DNA of 62,781 bases, filler included, from Stramenopiles sp. TOSAG23-2 (taxonomy: Eukaryota): NCBI GenBank assembly GCA_900128395.1. It is 13 parts of 13 records of this genome, joined end to end, with 100 filler letters (N's around TTAATTAATTAA, not from the genome) between each part and the next. Parts side by side here need not be neighbours in the genome. Positions count along the whole stretch, not along the records: positions 43,811 to 49,150 come from LT650687.1; positions 49,251 to 54,590 come from LT650688.1; positions 54,691 to 60,019 come from LT650689.1; 10 more parts are not named here. One strand, given 5' to 3'. Made by a program: the position numbers and the translations under genes. The notes below the pieces were generated by a model that was not told the origin of the DNA, made no database searches, and saw only the letters and a program-made list of their open reading frames with translations. Positions 46,516-56,458 of the stretch are shown in pieces. How positions within the stretch are numbered: the first letter of the stretch is position 1; every line of letters starts with the position of its first letter.

Positions 46516-47733
46516 ATGTGGAGTGGACAAGCATCGACATATAATACCAAATATCGTGCACGAACATTAGCAGCTTATAATAATGAATCTGCAGAAAGAC
46601 ACTTATTTTTAGTAGGGACAACTGCATTAAGAGAAGAAAATGAAATACATGTCATTGAATATGTTGAAGAATCAGGCAATATTGTATGTCGGCAAATTTT
46701 TAACCATCCAAGTGAGATATGGGATTTAAAACCCTGCCCAGAAAGGTCCGATTTATTATTCACTGCTTTAAATACTGGATCAACTATGAAAGGTACTTTA
46801 TGGGAATTACCAAATGATTTAGGTGGTCCTGAAGGTGATGATTCTGGTAATAATAATAAAACTGCTGAACGTGTAAATATGAAATCAATCATAACATTAA
46901 ATGAAAACAGTTCTGATTCTATTGGCGCCGGTGTTTGGGATAGTAATAAAATACGTTTATTAACATGGCCTGGGACAAATGTTGTTGGGGATTTATTAGT
47001 TTGGGATATAGATAGTAATAATAGTGCAAACATATCGCATACGATACAAAATGATAATAATAATAATAATAATGAAAATACAACAATACCTTTAATATAT
47101 GCAGCAGCATGGGATCCACATCGTGCATCGACATTAGCAGTAGCAAAAGGAGATAATATTGTTGGTTATGATATACGAACACCTAGTTCAGAAACAACAT
47201 TTTCCATCCCAACTGCACATGGATTATGTACACGTGATTTAGATTATAATCCAAACAAACCATATTGTTTTTTAAGTGGTGGTGATGATGGTAAAATTAA
47301 ATTTTGGGATTATAGAAAAACAAATGCACCATTAAAAGTATTATCAGGTCATTCTCATTGGGTAACTAGAACGAAATACAATCCATTTCATGATCAATTA
47401 GTTGTTAGTGCAGGAACAGATAGTAGTGTGGCATTGTGGCGTGCAGCATCGATATCATCTGCACCATTGTTGGAATTAGATGATGATGAGGAGGAAGATG
47501 ATGATGAGGAAGATGAAATAACAAAGAAAGATGTGGAGCCCAATGATGGGGATATAGATAGTGCAAAGGATATTACAGATGCTATGATACGTAGATTTGA
47601 TGAGCATGAAGATAGTGTATATGGTTTAGCATGGAGCTTATGTGATGCATGGGTATTCTCTTCTTTATCTTATGATGGCCGAGTTGTTGTAAACCATGTA
47701 CCTAGTGCTGAGAAGTATAAAATTTTATTGTGA
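46516..47733 (+). CDS. EIPR1: EARP/GARP-interacting WD40 protein (TSSC1/EIPR1)
   Basis: FLVGT..LREENEIH, AWDPH, RDLDYNPNK, HSHWV..YNPFHDQL, HEDSVY..AWS, LSYDGRVV, EKYKILL. Confidence 0.93.
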   Translation: MWSGQASTYNTKYRARTLAAYNNESAERHLFLVGTTALREENEIHVIEYVEESGNIVCRQIFNHPSEIWDLKPCPERSDLLFTALNTGSTMKGTLWELPNDLGGPEGDDSGNNNKTAERVNMKSIITLNENSSDSIGAGVWDSNKIRLLTWPGTNVVGDLLVWDIDSNNSANISHTIQNDNNNNNNENTTIPLIYAAAWDPHRASTLAVAKGDNIVGYDIRTPSSETTFSIPTAHGLCTRDLDYNPNKPYCFLSGGDDGKIKFWDYRKTNAPLKVLSGHSHWVTRTKYNPFHDQLVVSAGTDSSVALWRAASISSAPLLELDDDEEEDDDEEDEITKKDVEPNDGDIDSAKDITDAMIRRFDEHEDSVYGLAWSLCDAWVFSSLSYDGRVVVNHVPSAEKYKILL

Positions 47734-48041
47734 GTGGGTGTATTTTTCGTCGTTAGTATAAATATATTTTCTTTTCTATATATATTAGTGTATGATATCA
47801 TATCTATAACGAGTATGATATAGTGCTGTATGAAGTATGATACTTCTAGTATTATATATATATATCTTGATATATTATAATTTAATGATGTATGTGTGTG
47901 TAATAACTTATTTTAATATGTTTCAAAACAAAAATTTCAGGCGGGTAGTATACATGTTAATCTAAATATTTTAAACCCGTCTCACTCCTAGTATATATAT
48001 TACCGCGTATTATAAATATTACGCACACACACAAATTGTTT

Positions 48042-48929
48042 TTATAAATCAAAGTCATCTTGCATATCAAGGGTAACTTTTGCACCAACTTTTTTTGATT
48101 CTTTTGACAATGGAACTTCATCTTTTTTAAATGCTGGTTTACCTAAATATGGACAACCTGAACAACGAAATGCATCACCTTTATAACAATTTCCACATGA
48201 GGATACAGATTGTGCTAATTCCTCGTCCGAGATAATTGGTTTTGGTGTACCGTTTAGTACAGCTTCTTCCATCTCCGCTCGACCACATGAACAATTTTTA
48301 CAAGCACGTTTCTTTGTGCTACAATCACTTTTAACAGTTGCATCCACTAATGCCACAGCATCTTTTAATAATTCATCATCATCTATTAAATCTTGAGATC
48401 CTATTTTATTTTCTACATCAAAATTTTCTGCTAATAATGTCCATGATGCAGCTTGTTGTTTCGTTTCATTTTTTGTTGCAATATTTAGTGATGCCGTTGC
48501 ATTCGTATCCCAACTAGGCTTTTTTGATTTTATGAACGATACATTTCCTGCATCGGTATCTACAAAACCTGCCATCAAAAGTCCAAATGAAAGTTCTTCC
48601 GTTGCTTCATTTTTACTAGAAGTTGGTACACCAACATAAAGTTCACCACCTTGATTTAATGCTTGAAATATATTTAATAAATCCATGTTTTCCTTATACG
48701 ATGTATATAATACATCGAATTTATCGCTACTATTGTCAACAACAGTAGATATAACTTTTCCACACATTTTCTCGGCTAACTTTTGAGCATATGATGCATC
48801 ATCTGCAACAGTGTCATCATATAAAAAACCAATATTATCATTATTATTATTATTACTTTTCGTCTCATCCATATTTTTTACTACATCTTCCACAAAATTC
48901 CATCGCGAATTGTTGATAATCGTTGCCAT
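48042..48929 (-). CDS. CIAPIN1: Anamorsin/Dre2 Fe-S assembly protein (ATG at 48929 or 48872)
   Basis: [18 protein letters not shown] and [25 protein letters not shown]. Confidence 0.95.
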   Translation of the reverse strand: MATIINNSRWNFVEDVVKNMDETKSNNNNNDNIGFLYDDTVADDASYAQKLAEKMCGKVISTVVDNSSDKFDVLYTSYKENMDLLNIFQALNQGGELYVGVPTSSKNEATEELSFGLLMAGFVDTDAGNVSFIKSKKPSWDTNATASLNIATKNETKQQAASWTLLAENFDVENKIGSQDLIDDDELLKDAVALVDATVKSDCSTKKRACKNCSCGRAEMEEAVLNGTPKPIISDEELAQSVSSCGNCYKGDAFRCSGCPYLGKPAFKKDEVPLSKESKKVGAKVTLDMQDDFDL

Positions 48930-49250
48930 TCTTCCTTTTATACGTATATATCTGTTATTCAATCTTCTTTTTTATAAACGAATGTTGTTTTCGTGATGAT
49001 GTTTATTATAACTATTACTGTATATTACTATATATCAGTATGTGTATTCAATATATATACATGTATATTTTTTAGTTTTGGCCTGTGATTTGCATTTTTT
49101 TATTATGACACTATACCAGGTAGCTATCTAATATAGGAGTATTATATATGNNNNNNNNNNNNNNNNNNNNNNNNNNNNNNNNNNNNNNNNNNNNTTAATT
49201 AATTAANNNNNNNNNNNNNNNNNNNNNNNNNNNNNNNNNNNNNNNNNNNN

Positions 49251-49578
49251 TATTACTATTATAAACATTTGAATATATTACTTTTAATGGGTGCGACGTT
49301 TTTCTATCAAGACCTGCCCAACCTGTACCACCCGTAGTAGTTTTGTATGCTTTTAGATCTCCACAATACTTTAGAATAGTATCAATTGTCATGTTTCTAT
49401 ACAAATGGTGAATGTCAGTTATGATTACCGGAATATCTTTCAATGCATACTTCGTGTAGAATTCTAGTAAAGATAAGCCCGACACCCTTTCAATGGAAAC
49501 AGTTTTGACTGCATTTACTTTATTAAATGATGATATAATCATGAAATAGCAAATGCATATGATTATTATTACTTTCAT
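49251..49578 (-). CDS. Second copy of the 5' end of the secreted JmjC gene, truncated by contig end
   Basis: Matches 51995-52322, and about 50 bp upstream also match. Confidence 0.8.
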
Positions 49579-50131
49579 GTTGTTATATATTATTATTTAT
49601 TCAATATTAATATACATATAGATGCTTTTTTTCCTGTTATCATATTATATAAAATGTTATCCTATTGATGGTTGATAATTTTTCATTTTATATACATATC
49701 TATATCTATATATATATGTACGCAAAAAAATTATCACAAAAGACATGTCTTGCTTTTTACTTTTTTATTTTCTTCTTCTTTCCTTCTTCCATCTTCCACC
49801 TTCCAGTGTGTCCAGTCGCCAGTCTTCTTCCTTTTTGCCTTTTTTAGTATTATAAAAATAGAGGACTTTAACTTTTGGTCTTTTGGTGCTTTCCTGGTGC
49901 CCTGGCTTTCCAGCTTTGCACTTTTTACCAGGTAGTAAAAGTTGATCGTTATTAATAATAAGAGCTATACTAATACAGTATTATAGGCTAGACTATAATA
50001 GAGGCTATCTGGCTTAGGCTATCTGTGGCTATCCAGGCTAGCTATCCAGGCCTCCTGAAAGATAGCGATAATATTTTAGACTTAAAGGCGACTTTAACTT
50101 ATAGACTATTAAATTTCATATTTAAGGTGTT

Positions 50132-52322
50132 TTAATTGTTATCTGTATCGTGAATGAGATCATCCCTATTGTAGTAAACTCTAGCTACATTTTCCTTCAA
50201 TGCTAACGCATTTAAAGGTTCGTCCACCTTATCCATATACAAATCTGTTATATCTTGTCTAAAATGTACGCCTTGCATCGCTGGTATAATTTCATCCCAA
50301 GCAATCAGGTTATCCATTATTATAGAAGTTTTTCTCAATATTTGACTAACACCTTTTTCCGAGTAAACGATAGCCCAACCTCCCCATGACCGACCCGGTT
50401 TCAGTAAATTTTCTGAATATTCCTTGTCCACGCCTAATTTATGTCTTGCTAAGTAAAGCATGTCCCAATCCTCAGGCAATTCATGCCATACATTTCGCAA
50501 CTTGAATAACATATCGTCGTTAAAATGGACGTCATCCTCTACTACAATATTAATATCAACTGGATCGTTTTGGATATTTGCTAATGATCCTAAATGACTC
50601 AATGTACACCCTAGCTCACCCTTTGTAATGTCTCTCGTGTAATACTTGCAACCTCTTGAAGCTCTATTTTCAAAAGGGCATTCGCCTTTCCACTTTTTGT
50701 AAGGTATAGCTGGGACATAATCCCAGACTTCTGTACCATTGATTGCTGGAAAGTGTATTGCATTGACGATAAAGTTCTCAGGGACCTTCAAGTTATCAAT
50801 GCGATCATACATTTGCATTAAACGGTTGGTTCTCATGCTAATAATATGAAAATTAACATGCCGCGACACTGTCAAATACCTTGTTCCAGACATGGCCGGT
50901 TTCCCGTCTACAATGTAAGATGAATAAAGAGATGAAAGTTCTTCAAGCCAGGCAATATCAACAAAATCATCAGTACCTTCATTACCGTCGCCTTCCATTA
51001 CTTCTGTAAGATGAATAAAGAGATGAAAGTTCTTCAAGCCAGGCAATATCAACAAAATCATCAGTACCTTCATTACCGTCGCCTTCCATTACTTCCATGA
51101 CTTCCATAACCTCTTCCTCTTCCTGAGTAACTGCATTTTCATCATCATCCAAAATATCATAATAATTACGTAATAAGTTAAGGTGTTCCACACCAATAAT
51201 ATCTGGATATTGCAAAAATTGTGTTTTATATTCCATCCATGACATATAATCATCTTGATTGAGTCTTATACGACGATCAAATGTATTTTTCAATAATGTA
51301 TTTTGCAATTGTACATAATACTCGGCAGTACTGCCTTTAATAACTTTTTCCATCGAATCCATCTCTGTAATCGAAACAATATTACCGGCCAATGCAATGG
51401 TATTACCAATATTTTTTACTTGATGCGGACAATTACCAGGGATGAATATAAATTCTCCTTGCTTCACTGTGTCATAATAATGAATGATGTTGGATTGTTG
51501 ACCTTCGTCATCTTGTTCTCCTTTGGAAAAAAATGTATAATCATATGGAAAATTAACAACTGGTGATAATACATGCCATTCTTTTGTCCCATCGATGACA
51601 TATTGCCAAAATGCACTACCTAATACATCAATATGTAGACCACCAAATGAATTGTTTTTGCCAATAAATAAACTAGGCCAAGCATCACGATAATGTAATG
51701 GGGGAATACCTGGGGGTACACGTTGTAAAAAATCTTGTGCAATGTATTTTGGTATTAAATAATTATCCCTCAACAACTCAGAACAATGCCGACCAAGTGA
51801 AAAATCAAAGACACCATAATTATTGTCTTCATCGTTATTATTATTACTATTATAAACATTTGAATATATTACTTTTAATGGGTGCGACGTTTTTCTATCA
51901 AGACCTGCCCAATAATTATCCCTCAACAACTCAGAACAATGCCGACCAAGTGAAAAATCAAAGACACCATAATTATTGTCTTCATCGTTATTATTATTAC
52001 TATTATAAACATTTGAATATATTACTTTTAATGGGTGCGACGTTTTTCTATCAAGACCTGCCCAACCTGTACCACCCGTAGTAGTTTTGTATGCTTTTAG
52101 ATCTCCACAATACTTTAGAATAGTATCAATTGTCATGTTTCTATACAAATGGTGAATGTCAGTTATGATTACCGGAATATCTTTCAATGCATACTTCGTG
52201 TAGAATTCTAGTAAAGATAAGCCCGACACCCTTTCAATGGAAACAGTTTTGACTGCATTTACTTTATTAAATGATGATATAATCATGAAATAGCAAATGC
52301 ATATGATTATTATTACTTTCAT
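50132..52322 (-). CDS. Secreted JmjC 2OG/Fe(II) oxygenase fused to a COLGALT-like GT25 glycosyltransferase; 648 aa after removing 91-bp and 153-bp exact duplications
   Basis: Signal peptide; JmjC PVIITD, GGLHID..FWQYVIDGTKEW, GEFIFIPGNCPHQVKN; GT25 AING, TKGELGCTLSH, VEDD, DWDMLYLAR, WDEIIPAM. Duplicated units 50914-51004/51005-51095 and 51758-51910/51911-52063. Confidence 0.78.
50890..50909 (-). repeat. 20-bp inverted repeat, left copy
   Basis: Reverse complement AGACGGGAAACCGGCCATGT is identical to 53213-53232. Confidence 0.95.
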
Positions 52323-52961
52323 GTTGTTATATATTATTATTTATTCAATATTAATATACATATAGATGCTTTTTTTTTTCCATTTAGACTGCAAGGTGGT
52401 GGGTATTGTGTTGTTTATTGTAGAATAATAATGTAGTAATATATATACGTCCCCATAAAAACATCACAAACTACACGTCGCGTTTTATTTTTTTCTTTCT
52501 TTCTTCGCCAGTCCTTCTTCTTTTCCTTTTTCCTTTATATTTTATTTATTAACTTGTAACTTACTACTCCAGTACTGGCTTAGTGCTTTTAGTCCTGAAC
52601 TTAAACTCCTCTCTGGCTACTCAGGGAACCCCAGGAGGAACCCCACTATTATATGCCAGTATGCTGCTACTCATATACATTATGGCATAGCTCCTCAATC
52701 AAGAGTGAAGTGCACGAAATAGACGAGGGCACCGTGTAATTATGGCAGCTCATAAGTCTAATTCTACATACAGGTACAGTAATACTGGTAACAGATTAAG
52801 ATAGTACCAGTCGTCTGCTGTTGTAAATGGTGCTTACAGCGACATAAAAATATAAATACTGTAGATCAAAATTAAAAAAGCCACATAAGTCTCCTGTCTC
52901 TATATGCATAGTAGTTTTTCTGCATTTGCAGAATTATACGTTGGGGTGATTCTGTGCATAA

Positions 52962-53270
52962 GAGAAAGCAAACCTTCCCAACGTCCACATCATTACGGCG
53001 CCCCATACCCCTGCATTGGACTTGGCGATTTTGGCGAGTTGTGACGCTGTCATTATGACTATTGGTACCTCTGGATGGTGGGGTGGATGGTTGTCTGGCG
53101 GCGAGGTCGTGTACAAAAAAGACGCGTTTTTGATGGACCATGAGTTAAACAAAGGCAAGCCTGGCAAGGTGGTGGTGGCGGACCACTATCCAGAGGAGTG
53201 GGTGGGTCTGGGAGACGGGAAACCGGCCATGTTGGCGTATTTTTTTACGAATTATTTTATTTTAAAATAA
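52962..53270 (+). pseudogene. C-terminal fragment of a GT11 (alpha-1,2-fucosyltransferase-like) gene, GC-rich
   Basis: DLAILASCDAVIMTIGTSGWWGGWL..VVY...DHYPEEWV; in-frame stop at 52959 upstream. Confidence 0.75.
53213..53232 (+). repeat. 20-bp inverted repeat, right copy
   Basis: AGACGGGAAACCGGCCATGT; lies at the edge of the GC-rich tract. Confidence 0.95.
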
Positions 53271-53606
53271 ATATTTTTTTTATTATTTTTTTATTTTTTT
53301 TACACAAAAATTTTTTTATTCACTCTTATTTTTTTATTATCATTATGTATCATATTTTTCATTTTTAAATTTTAATTTTATCATATGTATCATATCAGAT
53401 CTTTTATATATCATTGAATCTCATATTAATAATATATATATCTGCATAAGAAATACCGTTCGTATTTTTCTATATATTTATGTTGACATATTTTCTATAT
53501 ATATATATATATGCATATCTACACACACACACACGCAAGAATATATCTCATATTTCTTATTTTCTTTTTCCTATCATATTTTGTCATTATAGCGGGGCAT
53601 GGTTCA

Positions 53607-54590
53607 TTAATTTGCATGTATACCCTGGAATCCGCGCAAACCTCTATCACCTGTTGCACCTTTTGCACCTCTTAAACCTGTTATACCGCGCGGGCCAGGG
53701 ACTGTTGATGCAGGACCAGGTATACCACGTAGACCAGATGGACCTTGGATACCTTGAATACCCTGAAGACCTTGGATACCACGTGTACCAGTTTTCCCAG
53801 CAACGCCGGATGGACCTGTTGTACCCGTATTACCTTTTGGACCTGCAGGGCCCATTTCACCACGTGGAGCTGCAAATTCTATCCATGTGTTGTTGCCTAC
53901 GTTCAAACGAGGCAGGATAGTTGCATTAAATGTTGTTTGCGCAATAAACAGGGATGATTCACTTGCTTTTTTTGTTGATGGTTGGATTACATAATCTCCA
54001 CGATTATATATTTGTCCCAATTTGAAATCTTTATAAATCAAGCCGGTTCCATCATTTCCTTTTTCCCCTCGTCCACCCATCGGGCCTGTTGGTCCATCAT
54101 TACCTTTGTCACCTTTCGATCCGGGTGCACCAGCAATACCTTGCGGTCCCTTCTCACCTTTCTCCCCACGAGGAGCATGATATTCAGCCCAATTGTCTAA
54201 ATCTTCGAAAGGCAGCTTATCTGCGACTATGCTATCCTTTTTCGCGATGAACATGGAATCTACTGTACTGGAATTGCTAGATCTTGAAAAGACATAGTTT
54301 CCACGTACATATGTATCGTGCAGTTTGAAAGTTACGAATTTTAATCCAACGCCATCATTACCTTTCTCACCCTTTTCACCTTGTACACCAGGATCACCTT
54401 TTGGCCCAACATGTCCATTAACACCATCTCTACCGTTTGCACCATTTGCACCATCCCTACCATCATGTCCATTAACACCATCTTTACCAGCTACACCTTG
54501 TTTACCTTCAGGTGCTTTGAATTCCACCCAATGATTTTTGTCCAACTCTTCTGATGGAGATTTTAAGGCTGTAAATGCTTTTGCAGCAAT
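53607..54590 (-). CDS. Collagen-like protein (Gly-X-Y tracts alternating with ~60-aa globular modules), 5'-truncated
   Basis: Three (GXY)n tracts; repeated module GL..F.L..Y.RG.YV..S.FIA..P..W.E..AP; frame open to contig edge. Confidence 0.92.
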   Translation of the reverse strand: MAAKAFTALKSPSEELDKNHWVEFKAPEGKQGVAGKDGVNGHDGRDGANGANGRDGVNGHVGPKGDPGVQGEKGEKGNDGVGLKFVTFKLHDTYVRGNYVFSRSSNSSTVDSMFIAKKDSIVADKLPFEDLDNWAEYHAPRGEKGEKGPQGIAGAPGSKGDKGNDGPTGPMGGRGEKGNDGTGLIYKDFKLGQIYNRGDYVIQPSTKKASESSLFIAQTTFNATILPRLNVGNNTWIEFAAPRGEMGPAGPKGNTGTTGPSGVAGKTGTRGIQGLQGIQGIQGPSGLRGIPGPASTVPGPRGITGLRGAKGATGDRGLRGFQGIHAN

Positions 54591-55376
54591 NNNNNNNNNN
54601 NNNNNNNNNNNNNNNNNNNNNNNNNNNNNNNNNNTTAATTAATTAANNNNNNNNNNNNNNNNNNNNNNNNNNNNNNNNNNNNNNNNNNNNTAGTGTAAGA
54701 AAAAATTAAGTATAAACCATCCCCGAAATCTTCACGTTTGAAAGTAAAAAATACCCTAATTTCCCCCTACTTGGACCAACTTACCTGTCCTGTTAGCATT
54801 GGAATAGCATTACCTACCATTTTCATGGGCTTTTTTCAGCTATTTTAGACAACTTTCAAGCGATTATTAGTGTTTTATTCAAGCAATTCATATGTTTATT
54901 CAATTGGAAGAGAGATTACAATGTTTCTTATTTTTTAATAAATTTAATCATAAAACTTATTTTTTATTTAATCTTAAATGTAATTTATATGCATACACTC
55001 TTCGTATACATAATAACACAAGCGACACGTTTTTAAATGATGGAATATACGCCACATTCATTTCAGGATGATAAAAATATTTTATATTCATTTTATGAAT
55101 ATTTATCAAATATCAATATTTCAACCCCAAAAATGTGAAAATGATGGTTGTAACAGGCGTTAAATATAACAAAAAATATATATAAAATACTAATTTTGAT
55201 ATATCCAATACCCGTCGTTTAAAATTACCTTTAATATAATCTGTTTTGTCTTTTTTATTATTATCATTCATAATATTTACATTTTTATTTATATTTTTTG
55301 TTCGTATTGCTTTGATGATTTAAATGTATGAATAATAATAATAATACCACCAAATAGACTGAAAAAGGTGAATTAT

Positions 55377-55700
55377 AATTCAACATGAGGAATTTAACAA
55401 TTAAATATGCGCCACAATTGATTTGCGACTATCTATATACCGCCACACAACTAATACCACCATATGAGCCCACAGACACCTCAAATCCAATGCAATATAA
55501 CCTAGAAGTAAAATTTTCTATTGTATAAAATATTTTTTAAAACGACATTTTCAACGGAATATAGCGATATTATGCAATAAAAAGCTGAATTTTAATTCAA
55601 CATCGTCAACGTAACAATTAAACATGCGTTACAGTTGATTCACGCGTTGCCATACCCCGTTACACCTTTATTATTATCATACGAGCTTACAGATGTCTCG
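55377..55700. repeat. Diverged direct repeat with ~217-bp offset
   Basis: AATTCAACAT...TAACAATTAAA.ATGCG..ACA.TTGATT at about 55377 and 55594. Confidence 0.6.
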
Positions 55701-56458
55701 TCGGTACTGGCAAACCATGTACAAGACTAGTTATCGTATGGCAAACATTTTTACTATATTTCTATTATCCATATATATTTACACATATTACAATATAAAT
55801 ATATATTTTTGACATAGAAATTGGAAAAGTGTTTCCAAAACGAGAATTTTTAATACCCTATTTTTAACTATAATTAAATGTAACAGTTTTATACTTAAAG
55901 GTAGTTATAACAGTATACTTTTACTAGGTCAATTTAGCACCGTCATACGCCTGTCTACCAGGTTCAGTAACTCACTCAATATTATAGTAGATTTGTAGAT
56001 TTTAACCATCAATCATCAATAATATATTAGTTTAAGTTTCTATTAAATAATAATACGAGAAGTATTAAGTTAATTTTTTTCTTTTATTTTTTTTTCAGCT
56101 TTTCTATTGCATACGACTCGTATATTATGAATAATTGTTTTGAGTTCAACTTAAGGATAATTTTTTCGCACATATATGCATATTATACGAACTTCGTATC
56201 ATATAAAATATATTAAAAGCTCTCTTTTTTATTTAAAAAAACGATAAGAACCTATTCCTCTCTTTGTTTGTATTAAATACACACACCAATATTATATGTG
56301 ACATAAATATATACTTCGTACTTCGTATGTTTTAGTATTTTTTTGATTTTTTGACTTTTTAATATGTCCCAAGTCCCAAAATGATTTCAAACGTGCACGT
56401 GTTCCTTTAACACTAGCACTCTTCTACTACTTGAACCAAATCAATATCGCATTTTAAT

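Noticed and set aside
49151-49250. Linkage of anamorsin or legumain to the collagen locus
   Set aside because: Separated by artificial spacers; different contigs
49985-50065. GGCTATC/CCAGGCTA-rich patches (also about 6845 and 37300)
   Set aside because: Low-complexity and not alignable beyond a few bases
54785-54826. Minus-strand mini-exon MKMVGNAIPMLTGQ with a GTAAGT donor, resembling C5-methyltransferase motif X
   Set aside because: Only 14 codons, with an in-frame stop just upstream and no other MTase motif on the contig
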